64,000 nucleotides of DNA from Eledone cirrhosa (GCA_964016885.1 OZ024748.1:53072001-53136000), one strand, 5' to 3'; shown: positions 40,153 to 54,806, counted from the stretch's first letter. Program-made: numbers and translations. The notes: generated from the sequence alone by a model not told the origin.

Positions 40153-40300
40153 GTGAAGGCGCATGGCTTAGGGGTTAGAGCTTTGGGCTTACAATCGTCA
40201 GGTTGTGAGTTCGATTCTCGGCCCGGGCGTTGTGTTGTGTCCTTGCGCAAGACACTTTATTTCACGTTGCTCCAGTTCACTCAGCTGTAGAAATGAATTG
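40153..40300 (+). mobile_element. Family 2-type SINE head
   Basis: gtgaaggcgcatggctta... gagttcgattctcggcccgggcgttgtgttgtgtccttg. Confidence 0.75.
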
Positions 40301-40705
40301 CAAATTCATTCACCATCCTCTGGGGGGAACGCTTTCTGTATTCTGTGTCTTCTGCTGTATGTCGGGACCGCCAGGAGTCACCTGGAATCGAACTAACGGT
40401 TTTCAGCTAAATTCCCTAACCATTAAACCATAGACTTTTCACTGATATCAAGTAATTTACAACAAAATAAAATTAATAATTATGTAAGAATGGTCATAAA
40501 AGATGGTGACTTGGCTGAACCATTCGTAGGTCGGATAAACTGCTTTGTTGAAGTCGTTCAGGCTCGATGCACTGTCAGTTCAAAACCCATCGAGGTCAAC
40601 TTTGCCTTTCACTCTTTCGAGGTCAATAAAAAAAAAAACGTACGAGTCCAGTACTACGGTCAATTCATCCTCTATATCTCCTTTTCACTCCCCCACCTCT
40701 CTCTG

Positions 40706-40749
<44 letters not shown>

Positions 40750-40803
40750 GAATGAAAATTGATGTTTTCAAACCTGAACTCCACCACGAGTTGCGCGCTC
40801 CAT

Positions 40804-40934
<131 letters not shown>

Positions 40935-41074
40935 GATCATTTTTATTAAGAAAGAATTTTTGAAATGTATTAATATGCATTTAGTATTTTACTTTTCATG
41001 AAAATATAACATACATAAATTAAGATAAATGAAAGTATTTTAAGAAACACGAACAATTATTAATGTCATTGGTT

Positions 41075-41296
41075 CTTCTTCTTCTTTTCGTATCTTCGAA
41101 GCATGTGGTTATATGACAGTTTCCCATTTCTTTACACAGTCCTTTGCATTATTTTTAAATTCTGCGAGATCTTTTAAGCTGCACTGGTTTGGTAGTAGAG
41201 GGCAAACAAGGCAGTGCTGCATCCTATGACCCTCCTCTCCACATTCGCAGATGGTTGGGCCGGTCTTGTAGCCCCATCTGGCCATACCAGCTTTTG
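41075..41296 (-). mobile_element. Short 3' fragment of a non-LTR retrotransposon with a 12-bp target-site duplication
   Basis: CECGEEGHRMQHCLVCPLL zinc-knuckle-like C-terminus, (AAG)n tail, and ATGTCATTGGTT at 41063-41074 and 41297-41308. Confidence 0.8.
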
Positions 41297-41829
41297 ATGT
41301 CATTGGTTTAAAAAGAAAGACAAAACAACAAATTATATATAATTCTGTAGTTTATAAATAAACATAAGAATAATTGATGCCAATATCGTTAAACAAACAA
41401 TAGAAAAAGAATATCATTTATATATGATGTTATACCTCCATAACAAGAAACAAGAATACTTATAGAGCAAAAAAGTGAAGAATAGAAGAATATACAACAT
41501 TTTACTGAGACAGAGACATTTGCTGCAGTCTTATCGATGATAGTTATTTTATATCAGGCTTCAAGTCTTCCGCCATTAAGGGGCTTTTGGGGATTAATCC
41601 CTTTCAATAATTAGTTTCAATATACTTGTGCTTTGGTTTTTACTACACTGATTTTCTGTTGACTCTAAATATCTTAGTATGATCATGTTTTTAATTTATT
41701 TCTTAGTATTGGTGATAAAAACGTGAGTTAATTATATTAATCATGATTATTAATTATAATAATAATAATAGTCATGATTATTAATTATTATCAAGTTAAT
41801 AATAATATTAATCATGATTATTAACAGGA

Positions 41830-42860
41830 GACACAAGGCCAGCAATTTTGGGGGATAGGATAGTCGAGTAAATCGACCCCAGTACATTACTGGTACTTTA
41901 TTTTATCGACCTCGTAAGGATGAAAGGCAAAGCTAACCTCGGCGAGAATCCCCCCCCCCTCTCTCTCTGGAAGAAATCTACTGTGTTCAGACCTAGAGAG
42001 AAACGGACTCCGCCAGGCTTAAACTCCCCAAGAAACGTCGTATTCCACCACATCGCCCCTACGACTCCATCGGGAGTTACAGTACCATACCCTACATCAT
42101 TATAATTACGCTTGGCAGTATTGGGAGAGGGTCGGACGTCATGTTTTGACGTATAGAGTTACGGCCCTTGCCATTCTGAGTTCAAATCCCGCCGAGGTTA
42201 ACTTTGCCTTTCATCCTTACGGGATCGATAAAATAAAGTACCAGTAATGCACTGGGTATTTGCTGGCCTTGTGCCTAACGTAGAAACAATTATAATTATG
42301 CTTAGCAGAGTTAGAAACTGGAAATTTACATGAGTATTTTCATCAAAATACTGTTAATATTGTCACAATCTGATCGATTAAATTAAAGTACCAGTTAAGT
42401 ACTGGATCAAATTATTCGACTTTCTCCCACTTCTCCTAAATTCCTGGCTTTGTGCCAAACTAAAGTATTGAAATCTTTATTTAACTCTAAGGTCTTAGCC
42501 AAAATCTCTTCTAAGCCATGGTTTACTTAACATAGCTTCTTACATAAAATTATATTAGGTTTTCATCAAATTTTAAACAATATGAAAGCATAAACTTGTG
42601 ATCGCAGAGCCGTCGAAACGGAAATAACCCTTCTCTTCTGACACTCGAAGGTCTATAAAATAAAGTACCAGTCAAGTACTGGTGACAATTTAATAGACTT
42701 TCTCCCACCTCCTCCAAATTCCTGGCCGTATGCCTAACTAAAGTATTGAAATGTTTATTTAACTCCAAGGTCGATAAAATAAAGTACCAGTCAAGAACTG
42801 GAATTTAAAAGACTTCCCACTACCACAAAATTACAAGCTTTGTGCCTGAAGTAGAAATCG
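41830..42860. mobile_element. Nest of SINE family 1 copies and 3' fragments
   Basis: Minus copy 41830-41945, plus copy 42110-42290, and repeated taaagtaccag...ttgtgcc tails. Confidence 0.75.
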
Positions 42861-42949
42861 GATTGCGGTGGATTGACCGAACCGGTAGAGCGTCAGACAA
42901 AGTTAGAAATCAACAAATCAATATTGCCCCTAGAAGTTATTTCAGTAAA

Positions 42950-43700
42950 GTAATAGTTTGATGGATGAAATTCCAGAGACCCTGGGCATCTTTTTTCCGT
43001 TTTTGAAAATGTTTTCCATTCTACCTGTTACTAAATGATCTCTTTCAATGATTTGTAATTCATCTGTCAAGTTATCCAAAGTTTTGCCTTCAACTTTAGT
43101 TGCTTTGTAAATCAAACAGTTGCATCTCAAAGTTATCCAAAGCAGTCTAGTGCAACATTTCCAAAATTCAAGTTATTTAAAGTTACACTGTCGGCAAACC
43201 TAATGACTTTTTCACTTTCTTCAAATGACCGTAAAGAAAATTAAACTGTGCAGTAGTTGACTCAACGATGCTTGATAATTGCTTTTGAACGCACAGAATT
43301 TCTGTTTTCTCATGAATTTGGAGATCAATCATGTTTTTTTTTTAACTTTGGGCAAATATTTCAAAGTGCCATTGTCGACATCTAGTTGAAAAACTTTTAG
43401 GTTTGATTTCAAAGGCTTTTATGTTATTAAACGTAATATCAAGTGTTTTGCGAGATCCATGTAAATTGGTGTTGAAATCATTAAAATGTTAAGAGAAATC
43501 TATAAAACAAACAAAAAAATAAACATTATTTTACAAATCCAAATAATGTTTGCTAATTCTTGTCAAGAACATTTTTCAATCATCAGAAATAGAAGAAATT
43601 CTTCCAAATACTCAACACTTCTTTTCAGAACAGAACCTTGATTAAGCCAACAAACAATGTTGTATAAAAGTAGTCTTGCGTACACAGATTTCACTTCGCT
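42950..43700 (-). pseudogene. Decayed hAT (Buster/Charlie-like) transposase fragment
   Basis: Minus strand gives LLLYNIVCWLNQGSVLKRSVEYLEEFLLFL (cf. LLLHxEVRWLSRGxVL) and HFNDFNTNLHGSRKTLDITFNNIKAFEIK (cf. HLNxLNxxLQG); several frameshifts. Confidence 0.75.
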
Positions 43701-45581
43701 CGGTAAATTCTGAAATTGTTTTTTTTGTTTGTTTTTTTCAAATCACGCTCAGGTGTATTATTAATGACCGTATTTACAATGTCAACCACAAAATGTACCA
43801 TTCCAGACTGAGGCCAGTGCTCTCTCCATCTATCTCTCTGTCTGTCTCTCTCTTTCTCTCTCACACATTCCTTCCCTCCTTCCCTGGTAGAAATCGGCCG
43901 TGTTCGTACATGGGTGCACTATCAATTGTCACAGTCTAGTACGGGTGTCAATTCTTTCTCGATATCTCTACATCTCGTTCTCATTTCCTCTCCTTCCCTG
44001 GAAGAAATCAGTCATGTTCGTACTTGGAGATTGGGAATGGGCTCCGCTCCGCCAAGTTTAAAATGCCCACTACGGTAACCTACGACTCTATCAATAGTTA
44101 TAGGTCCATAAATAGTTATATCTACATTAAATTTATCTGAGATGTTCTTAAATTGTTTATTTATATAATTGATTTGCTGTTCTTAAATTAAAAATATAAT
44201 CTTTATTTCTTTATATAATATAAACCTACTTTGTTTTAATATCCATTGATTCGTTGTGCGTCGTATCGATTATTTTAAATTTAATTTCAAATATATTTTC
44301 ATAGCTATGAAGCCGACATAAAAAAATCGACACTTCAGTATATATGTTTATATTTAAAGAAAATAAGTGTATTCAATAAGGAAAGCATTAAAAAATAAAA
44401 CAAAAGTATTCGATAATGAAAGTATTTCGTAATTAATATGGTAGATAATATCCAATATCACCAGCATTCTTGAAAGAATGCCGATATTTTATTGCCGAAT
44501 TCAGAATTTTATTTTTATACAAATCAGGGATGAGAATTTCCACAGCACAACGAAATAGTTGTTAAAACTTTAGCAGCTTACAAATATTTGTATATCTTTG
44601 TAATTGTAAGTTGTGAAGCTGTGAACATGGATGTAGGGTTTCTTAAAGATATCGTTGATATATCTCTGGCTTGGACCTTCATCAAACACATGAGATGGAT
44701 ATTAGATTGATATACTGTAGTGAGGTCCAGGGAATTTTTTAAAGTGTGAACATGTATATTATTGTATTGTGAGGGAAGAATGTGTATATTTAATAGATAA
44801 AGAGTTAATTAATAAAGTATGATTATATATTTATTTGATACCAGCAGGATGAAAGGTAAAGTTGCCCTAGGTGGGATTTGATATCAGGAAGTAGAAAGTC
44901 ATTGCTAAATATCGCAAAACGTTTTGTCTACCATTACTGCTAATCCACCTCCCTTACGGCACTAATAATAATGTATTATGGGTAGAATGAAATCAAGTGT
45001 GGGTAGTCGGTGTTATAACTTTATTGCTATGTAAATTACAAAAAATAATAATAACAAAACAACGATGATTTCTACTGTAAGACACAAGACCGGCAATTGG
45101 GGTATAGGGGAAGGTTGGAACCACTGATTTAATCTATCTTATTATTACTCATTTATGGTAATAATTTACAAATTGAAGTTAAGGGATTTGATTTGTAAGG
45201 GATTTGATTTGATTTGATTTGATGTGTGGTGTGAGAGGCTGAGAAACGGAGCGTGGTGAACGAGTAGGATTAGAAAGTTGGGCGGGATCATAAACGAATA
45301 CAGTGTTGGCCCAAGGCCAATGATTTAGGGGAAGCGGAAAGTCTATTAAATCGGCCTCAATACGTTACTGGTACTTTATTTTGTCGACCTTATAAGGATG
45401 AAAGGCAAAGTTAACCTCAGCGGATTTGAACTCAGAACGCAAAGCCTCTTGTCCGACGCTCTACCGATACTGCCACTATAAGGAAATTATTTTACTAACT
45501 ACATATATACAGAGATGTGGATTTGATGACAGATTAAAGTGGTAAAGTTGATCAGAATGATTTCTCAAAGAACCACACCGA

Positions 45582-45696
45582 TCTTCTTCTTCTTCTTCTT
45601 CTTCTTCTTCTTCTTCTTCTTCTTCTTCTTCTTCTTCTTCTTCTTCTTCTTCTTCTTCTTCTTCTTCTTCTTCTTCTTCTTCTTCTTCTTCTTCTT
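45582..45696. repeat. (CTT)n microsatellite
   Basis: Pure trinucleotide tract. Confidence 0.95.
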
Positions 45697-46119
45697 TGTT
45701 GTTGTTCACACATAACTCCTGGTGGAGTCGTAGGGGTGATGTAGTGTACATACATCCTTTCTTGGGCATTTGTTCTTGTGAAAGCCTGACGGAGCCCGTC
45801 GCCTCTCTCCAGGTCGAAGTTCAGCAACGATGACAGATGAAACGTGTGAAGTAATTCATAACAATACGTCAAAGGAATACAGATACACAAACAAAGATGA
45901 TAGATTAAAGTGTTGTGCGGTGGATACACGGGGTGGGGAGATATAAACAATACCTGGAAGAATCATACATGTAGACACAGATATGATAACAGATTGATGT
46001 ATTATTAGTCAGGCGCAAAACAGTAAAAGATTGGAAGGGATTTAGTATATATGTAAACACACAATTACACCTAGACATGATTATATACACATATACCTAG
46101 TGGTATTTACACAGTTAGG

Positions 46120-47105
46120 CACCGAATTGGCAGAGAATGTCGGATATAATAATTTGTGGTATTCGTTCCAACTCTCAGCTCTTTGAGTTCCAATCTTATC
46201 GAGGTCAACTTTACCTTTCATCCATTGAAGGTCGATAAAAGTACCTGTCAAGTACTAGAGTCAATTCTTCCTCCATATCTTTTTCTCATTTCCTTCCTCT
46301 CACTTTCTATCCTTCACTGGAAGAAATCACACCTGGAGAGCAGAATATAGCTCCTCCAGGATTTAAAATGCCCTACAAACACCGTATGGCACCCCTACGG
46401 CCCTCTCAGGAGTTACGGGACCATACATACATATACACTTAAATAAAAGCACTCATATACATTTTCTCCACACATTCACCTGTGATGGACTGGTGTCCTA
46501 TCCAGGGGGAGTCTTGTACTCTCAGTTGCTTAATGCCACGAAAACTGGGAGAAGTGCCGGCCTGATGAACCTTCGGGCTCGAGACAGATATAGACCTGAC
46601 TGGTACTTTATTTTATTGGCCCCGGAAGAATGAAAGACAATATTGACCTCGGTGGGGTTTGAACTAAGAATGTTAAGCTCCATAACAAACACTGTAATGG
46701 CATTTTACCCGACGCTCTACCAACCTACTTCCTTTACACTGATACCATTATTGGAGAGGAACTTTGCTTATATCGATGTTAGAAGTTGATCTCGGCGAGA
46801 TTTGAACTCTGAATATAAAGAGCGGGAAATAAAAACTGCAAAGTCTGACTCTCGACTAATTTCTTTAAGGCCATCACACTCAATAAATATCGATTTTAAA
46901 ATTTAGAAATAAGGCCAGCAATTTTGGGGCGAAGGAGGAAGTCGACTAAATTAAATTCAATACTTGACTGCTATTTTATTTTATCGACCCTAGAATGACA
47001 AAGTTAACCTCGGTAGGGTTTGAACTCAGAATGTGAAGCGTCGTTAGAAATAACGCAATGGTATGTTATCTGATGCTCTACCAATTCTGCCAACCCACCA
47101 CCCTT
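46120..47105. mobile_element. Cluster of diverged SINE copies
   Basis: Family 1 motifs at 46120-46265 (+), 46595-46730 (-) and 46900-47100 (-); tail segment at 46480-46595. Confidence 0.65.
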
Positions 47106-47689
47106 ATGTGTGTATAACTATGAAATGTAGATTACAGTTTGAAAGTATTTATCTTCGTTACCCCCAGAATTATCAGCAGATTACTAAACATCTGTACAAC
47201 ACAACTCTGTATGTTTAAAAAATATATATTTAATTTGTATAAAAATACAAAACATTTCCTTAGCCTAAGGAGTTATCAAAGTGCCATTTGAATAACACCA
47301 TTAAATGAACTAATCAGAAAATACCAGACTACAATCTCTCTCAGACACGCACACACACCATCACTACACACACAGACCTTCACCACACACACACAAACAT
47401 TCACCACACACACATTCATCACACGCACAGACACACGCAGAAACATTCACTACGCACGCGCACACACCTTCACACACACAAGCGCCCTGGAAAGCGATAC
47501 GGGCAAATAAAAGGGTTGACTAATTAGAGGGTCAACTCCCAGCGGTTTCTTTTGATGACATAGTGTTAATGACAGGCAATACCAGTAAACTCAGAGATCA
47601 AAGTAATACATATATTGCTACATTCACTAGATGGTCACTTGCTACTAACTAACATTTTTATTGTTTTTCTTTTATATTTTGTTCGTTTG

Positions 47690-48562
47690 AAGCAGTGAAT
47701 CACATGAGCCCAGGTATCATTGTTCATTTGAATCAGTATATCACTTGATCTCCTGTTTTTTTGTTCATTTCAAGCAGTGTATCAGTTGATCTTCCGTATC
47801 TATGATCATTTCAAGCAGCGTTTCACTTGCTCTCTTGTATTCTCGTTCATTTGAATCAGTGTATCATTTGATCCCGTTTATCATTTGAAACTCCGTGTCC
47901 TCATTCATTTCATAGTGTTTCACTTGCTCTCTTGTATCCTCGTTCATTTGAATCAGTGTATCACTTGATCTCGTTTATCATTTGAAACTCCGTGTCCTCA
48001 TTCATTTCATAGTGTTTCACTTGCTCTCTTGTATCCTCGTTCATTTGAATCAGTGTATCACTTGATCCCGTTTATCATTTGAAACTCCGTGTCCTCATTC
48101 ATTTCATAGTGTTTCACTTGCTCTCTTGTATCCTCGTTCATTTGAATCAGTGTATCACTTGATCTCGTTTATCATTTGAAACTCCGTGTCCTCATTCATT
48201 TCATAGTGTTTCACTTGCTCTCTTGTATCCTCGTTCATTTGAATCAGTGTATCACTTGATCTCGTTTATCATTTGAAACTCCGTGTCCTCATTCATTTCA
48301 TAGTGTTTCACTTGCTCTCTTGTATCCTCGTTCATTTGAATCAGTGTATCACTTGATCCCGTTTATCATTTGAAATTCTGTGTCCTCATTCATTTCATTG
48401 AAACCATGTATCTTCGTTCATTTCAAGAAGTGTATCATTTGATCTCATGTTTCCTTGTTAATTTCAGTCAGTGTATCCCTTGATCTCGTGTATTCAATTC
48501 AAGCAGTATATCACTTGAGATTGTATAGCCTCGTTCATTTGAATCTGTGTATCACTTGATCT
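47690..48562. repeat. 97-bp tandem repeat (~6 copies) flanked by ~40-bp diverged subunits
   Basis: Unit starts at 47818, 47915, 48012, 48109, 48206 and 48303. Confidence 0.95.
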
Positions 48563-49281
48563 CACATAACCATATTTTTACAAATGTCAACAAAACTGAA
48601 GATAACTCAACAAGGAAGTTATTTTAAAAAAAATAAATATAGACATTAAAATAAACAGTTTTATATGGTAGAACCAGGGGGCGGTTTGTTAGTTAAAAGG
48701 TTAACAAACTCAGTTGATTAATTCAAATTAGTGCAGTTTCAGCTAGACACGATAGATGTATTTCACTCTTTGTATGACATCTACTAAAACTGCTCACAAC
48801 CAATGAAAACCCTACAAAACCACAAAAACACAAACGACTTCTGTGACTAGATAGTCACGTAAAATGAATGGTTCTATCCCGCCAAAAAATTAATTAGAAG
48901 TATCGCCTCAATTCATAATTGACTAATGGCTGCTGACGTTCTCTAATTAGTCCAAGTTAGGAATGTCATTGTATGCAACAAAGAGAAGGGGAGAGGGACG
49001 GGGGGATAGAGAGGTTCCCTAGAAGCTATGATTATTGTTTTGATAGGTCGGTTCTTTGGTTTAAAGATGTTTATAGAAAGAAATGGCAAGAGAAGGGAGG
49101 ACAGGGTTGGCGGAGGGGAGTATCAATGTTGAAATTCAATGGAAATACAGCAAATAGGGATAACAACTAAAAATATTGCAGCCCAAATTCTCATATTTTT
49201 CTCTTTTCTTTGTTCAATCTGTTCCATCGTTCCCCATCTCTCTCTCCACACACACGCATATATATGTATTTGTATATATAT

Positions 49282-49323
<42 letters not shown>

Positions 49324-49467
49324 TCATATATATATATATATTCATATATATATATATATTCATATATATATATATATTCATATATATATATTCATATATA
49401 TATATATATTCATATATATATATGTATATATATATATTCATATATATATATGTATATATATATATTC

Positions 49468-49519
<52 letters not shown>

Positions 49520-49521
49520 TC

Positions 49522-49601
<80 letters not shown>

Positions 49602-49781
49602 TAAATGACCAATAAGTTTATTAAAAGCCGGTACAATGCAGTAAAAGGTACGAAGCGGGGGGGGGGGGCAAATGATGGTAAAATTTCATTTCGTATCTTC
49701 TGCATTATACTAGCTTTTAAAAAACTTATATATATATATGCATGTTGGTTTGTGTGTGTGCGGCTACAAACGCACACACAC

Positions 49782-49838
<57 letters not shown>

Positions 49839-50370
49839 CGTGTGCATACATAATTCTGTCATATTTCTCCCTGATGTCCATTTCATAGCCATGGGCTCTG
49901 TGGGGAAAATGGTTCCTATTCATTGAATAGCCGAAACTGCATATGAGCTTCGTAGGTTAGCTGAAGACAAAGATCTACTTTCTGTTCACTTTGGTTCCAT
50001 TGTCTGGCGGTGCATAATTTGCACGCATACCTATATAAACAACATCACGCAGATAGATACTTTTATTATATTATTCATAACATTCTGGGACCCCACTCTT
50101 TCTCTCTCTTTTCTTCTCTTTCCCTTTTTCTTTCTCGCCTTTGTCAAATCCTTACAATCTAAGTCTTCCTGTGTCTGAACAACATTCATCTCTCCATTTA
50201 TCTCCTACTTTACCTACAGCAAAATCTACAGATCCTGGACTCTCATGCCCCTTTCATTGCCAGTTTGTGCTACCCCTACTATGTTCACATCCAGTTACCT
50301 TCCTGTCTACCTGCGACCACAAAGCCGGCGAGGCCTAATCCTTCATCTATCAGAAGTAAGTTTCATTTCC

Positions 50371-50600
50371 TTACAGCTTATCATTACCATCACAGTTTAT
50401 CATTACAATTACAGTATATTTACGGCTTATCATTATTCTTACGGGTTATCATTACCCTTTCAGCTTATCATTACCCTTACACGATATCATTACCTTTACG
50501 GGTTATCATTATCCCTACGCGATATTATTACCTTTACAGAATATCACTACATTTACAGGTTATCACTACGTTTACAGGATATCATTATCTTTACATTATA
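50371..50600. repeat. Diverged ~20-bp minisatellite
   Basis: tttacgggttatcattaccc-like units. Confidence 0.8.
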
Positions 50601-50628
50601 CGTATAAACATACATGCATAAATATGCG

Positions 50629-50679
<51 letters not shown>

Positions 50680-50905
50680 TAATAAAAATAATGAATAAAA
50701 ACAAAGAAACAGTTCCTTATATTAAAAAATTCAACATTTTACGATCGTTTCTAGGATATATATGTGTGTGTTGGTATCTATATCATATAGATCTATGTAA
50801 AATTTTTACAAACTATCAGAGGGAATATACATACCTACACATATATATGCTGTCTTCAGTTCTTCATACGGATTGGACTCTACCGCATATTTTGGTTGAT
50901 TTACC

Positions 50906-50940
<35 letters not shown>

Positions 50941-50946
<6 letters not shown>

Positions 50947-51180
50947 ATTATTATGTAATAAACAACATAAGGCAATTATTCCATTTACCAGTGGTTTCTT
51001 AAAAGCAAAAGGTTTTGCTTTCATTCTGAGGATTGAAAGCAAAACCTTTTGCTTTTAAGAAACCACTGGTAAATGGAATAATTGCCTTATGTTGTTTATT
51101 ACATAATAATAATAATTAAGCTCTGTTGCATACATAGAGCACTCTTTTTTCCTGGACTTTTCCGATGGAATTACTTCATT
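50941..51180 (+). mobile_element. (TA)n-inserted fold-back element carrying a distinct hammerhead
   Basis: Arms 50941-51023 and 51034-51116, plus a unique 3' extension with a gctct..agagc hairpin. Confidence 0.8.
51020..51077 (+). ncRNA. Type I hammerhead ribozyme
   Basis: UUCAUU-CUGAGGA(51026-51032)-[UUGAAAGCAAA accu UUUGCUUUUAA]-GAAA(51059-51062)-CC acu GG-UA-AAUGGA. Confidence 0.82.
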
Positions 51181-51207
51181 CATACATATATATATATATA
51201 TATATAT

Positions 51208-51397
51208 AACGAAGGAATTGTGGTAAGGAACTAGATGGACCATAACGCACCAGAGTACTCAATACTTAGGGTAGTAGAGTGGGTAATAGGAACAAGTATG
51301 ACCCCGACGGCAGAGCTCAAGCCGTTTCGACGGCTATTTCACGTCCTGAAATAGCCGTCGAAATGGCTTGAGCTCTGCCGTCGGGGTCATACTTGTT

Positions 51398-51402
<5 letters not shown>
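51208..51402 (-). mobile_element. Family B copy 3
   Basis: Palindrome 51286-51402 centred at 51344; (TA)n flanks. Confidence 0.85.
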
Positions 51403-51471
<69 letters not shown>

Positions 51472-51798
51472 TACATATATACATACATATATATATATAT
51501 GTGTATGTATGAATGTATAAACATATATATTACAAAGTCACCCACACATATATAAACAGTACACTCAAAGACCATGGCAGGCTTTCAATTTGCTTACCAC
51601 ATCGAAAATGTTCTTGGACAAAATTCAATTTAAGAATTAGCAAAACTAGTGATTTTTATGTTATTGTTACATACACATACGAACGTACATACACACGTAT
51701 GTATGTATATATATAGGTATATATTGCTCCATATAGATATAAAGTATTGAGTTCCAATCTTGGTAGGGACCCTGTGTCAACTTTTGATTTTTCTATAA

Positions 51799-51953
<155 letters not shown>

Positions 51954-51955
51954 TC

Positions 51956-52013
<58 letters not shown>

Positions 52014-52018
<5 letters not shown>

Positions 52019-52209
52019 AACGAGTGGGAGCCCGACGGCTGAGCTCAAGCCGTTTCGACGGCTAATTCTGAGTCCAGAATTAGCCTTCGAAACGGCTTGA
52101 GCTCAGCCGTCGGGGTCCCACTCGTTCCTATTACCCACTCTACTACCCTAAGTATTGAGTACTTTGGTGCGTTATGGTCCACCTGGTTCCTTACCACATT
52201 TCCTTCGTT
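52014..52209 (+). mobile_element. Family B copy 4
   Basis: Palindrome 52014-52131; (TA)n flanks. Confidence 0.87.
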
Positions 52210-52663
52210 ATATATATATATATATTTATACACACACACACACACATATATATGTATATATATATATATATAGACACATCTATATATAAATATAAGTATA
52301 TATATATATATATATATATTGGTAAACGGAATAGAAAATGCTGACAAATTGTTCACAGTTGAAAAATGGTTTAATTAGGAATAAAAGAGTATTAGTGATT
52401 GTATGGGTTAGTATTCAGTTGTGGTTTTAAGTTTTTAAGTTTTTACCGGTTGCGCATTTCTAAATGCTTTTCAAAAATAATTTTGAGATAGAGTGTCCGT
52501 GCTGTTTGCTCTGATCTGATTAGTTTTGGGAATTCTACCTGTTTTTATGTTAAAAAAGTGGCTCCAATTTGCAAAAATTCTTGTGGTCAAAACAATTTTG
52601 ATTGGTCGGTAGAGGTCATGTGAATGTAAAAAATTGATTTTGCGCCAAGACTGTTTTTATGTT

Positions 52664-52710
<47 letters not shown>

Positions 52711-53149
52711 TTTTATATATATATATATACGCTCAGGCTAAGAACGAAAGACTTGCTGAAGAAGGAAATCCTATGTTCTCTCGTGAAAAACCATTATATT
52801 GCAGACTCCTGCAATCGGAATTTGTCGATCTTGGATTTCCAGAAACTTAGCGCTGATGTTGGGTGCTGTATGTGATGTATATTGTGTGATATACGATGTA
52901 CTTTATATATTTTGCATTCAGCCTCACCGCTTTGTCCAGGTCAGTATAAAATCTTTTCCTGGGTCCTGTATTTTCGTTGCTCTAGTGATGCAGCTGGACA
53001 GTCGACCGCTATATCTGATTTACTAAGCTGTCTGAACGTAATGTTATTACTCTGGGGTTCTTTTTCCCCATCCGAGTGCTAAAGCTACAGACCGATTCTG
53101 CATTCTTTAGCTTGGCCGTGTTCTAAAGCTTCGTTAATGCTGTACTAAA

Positions 53150-53181
<32 letters not shown>

Positions 53182-53186
<5 letters not shown>

Positions 53187-53387
53187 AACGAGTAGGACCC
53201 CGACGACTGAGCTCAAGCCGTTTCGACGGCTAATTCTGGACTGAATTAGCCGTCCAGAATTAGCCGTCGAAACGGCTTGGGCTCAGCCGTCGGGGTCCTA
53301 CTCGTTCCTATTACCCACTCTACTACCTTAAGTATTGAGTACTTTGGTGCGTTATGGTCCATCTGGTTCCTTACCACATTTCCTTCG

Positions 53388-53389
<2 letters not shown>
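53182..53389 (+). mobile_element. Family B copy 5
   Basis: Palindrome 53182-53311 with gaattagccgtc duplicated at the centre; (TA)n flanks. Confidence 0.87.
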
Positions 53390-53435
<46 letters not shown>

Positions 53436-53464
53436 ACACACCACATACATATACATATATTTAT

Positions 53465-53540
<76 letters not shown>

Positions 53541-53556
53541 TTATATATATATATAG

Positions 53557-53775
53557 TGAAGGCGTGTGGCTGAGTGGTTAGAGAATTGGATTCACAATCG
53601 TGAGGTTGTGAGTTCGATTCCTGGACCAGGCGATGCGTTATGTTCTTGAGCAAGACACTTTATTTCACGTTGCTCCTTCTACCTGGAGTTGCGACCGATA
53701 GATAGTATTAGCAATTGGAAAGACCGACGGAAACACTGTTTCGTCGGTCCGATTTGACGAAAGTCGATCGTTCCT
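53557..53775 (+). mobile_element. tRNA-derived SINE (family 2-type head, different tail)
   Basis: tggctgagtggttagag and gagttcgattcc boxes; the tail matches 11130-11175 on the minus strand. Confidence 0.8.
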
Positions 53776-54762
53776 TTATATATATATATATATATGCTCA
53801 TACTGCGTATTTTAATGAAGTAAAAAAAATAATAAGTAATTTTTTTATAAAACGAAAAGAAAATGACATATAACTAGATACCAAATATAAAATAACAAAC
53901 AAAAGACACACAAAAAAGAAACAGAGAAAATTAAATGAACAAAATAAAACAACACGAAATCAATACAAGCAATATTTATGTATTAGTTTTGACTTTTTCT
54001 TTGAGTAAAGCCATTTACACTGAACTCATTTGGCAAATTAATTAAAGATTACATCGTAATGGTGACAAGCAAACTGAGACAGACATACTGTGATACGGTC
54101 TTACTGTACTACTTGTAATCAGACATGATATATTTATATATATATACACATGCTCTTGCATACACATTCATATATATATATACACATGCACACGCATACA
54201 CATACATATATTATATATATATATATATATATATACATGTACTTGCATACACATTCATATATATATATACACATGCACACGCATACATATACATATATTA
54301 TATATATATATATATATATACATACATGCACATGCATACACATTCATATATATATATACACATACACACGCATACACATACATATATTATATATATATAT
54401 ATATACATGTACTTGCATACACATTCATATATATATATATATACACATGCACACGCATACACACACATATATATATATAGATGTACTTGCATACACATTC
54501 ATATATATATATATACATGCACAAGCATAAACATACATATATATATATATATATATACATGCACTTGCACATACATGCACACGCATACACAAACATATAT
54601 TATATATGTGAATGTATATGTATATAAGCGTGTGTGTTCGTGTGTGTGTGTGCGTGTGTAATCATGCTTACATATACATATTTGCACGCACATACCTATG
54701 TCAATATATATTAATGAATATATTTAATGCATTTCTCATTCTCTCACACACACACACACACA

Positions 54763-54806
<44 letters not shown>

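Noticed and set aside
45552-45950. Minus-strand ORF with an apparent signal peptide and splice acceptor
   Set aside because: Its most protein-like part (45710-45820) is a copy of the dispersed repeat also found at 41965 and 46315, and the rest runs into (GAA)n.
46555-46595. CTGATGA-accttcgggctc-GAGA as a hammerhead
   Set aside because: There is no GAAA or stem I partner, and the homologous SINE tail at ~13540-13570 lacks the core.
49870-49955. CTGATGT...GAAACTGCATA hammerhead-like stretch
   Set aside because: The core A9 is missing and stem I cannot be formed convincingly.
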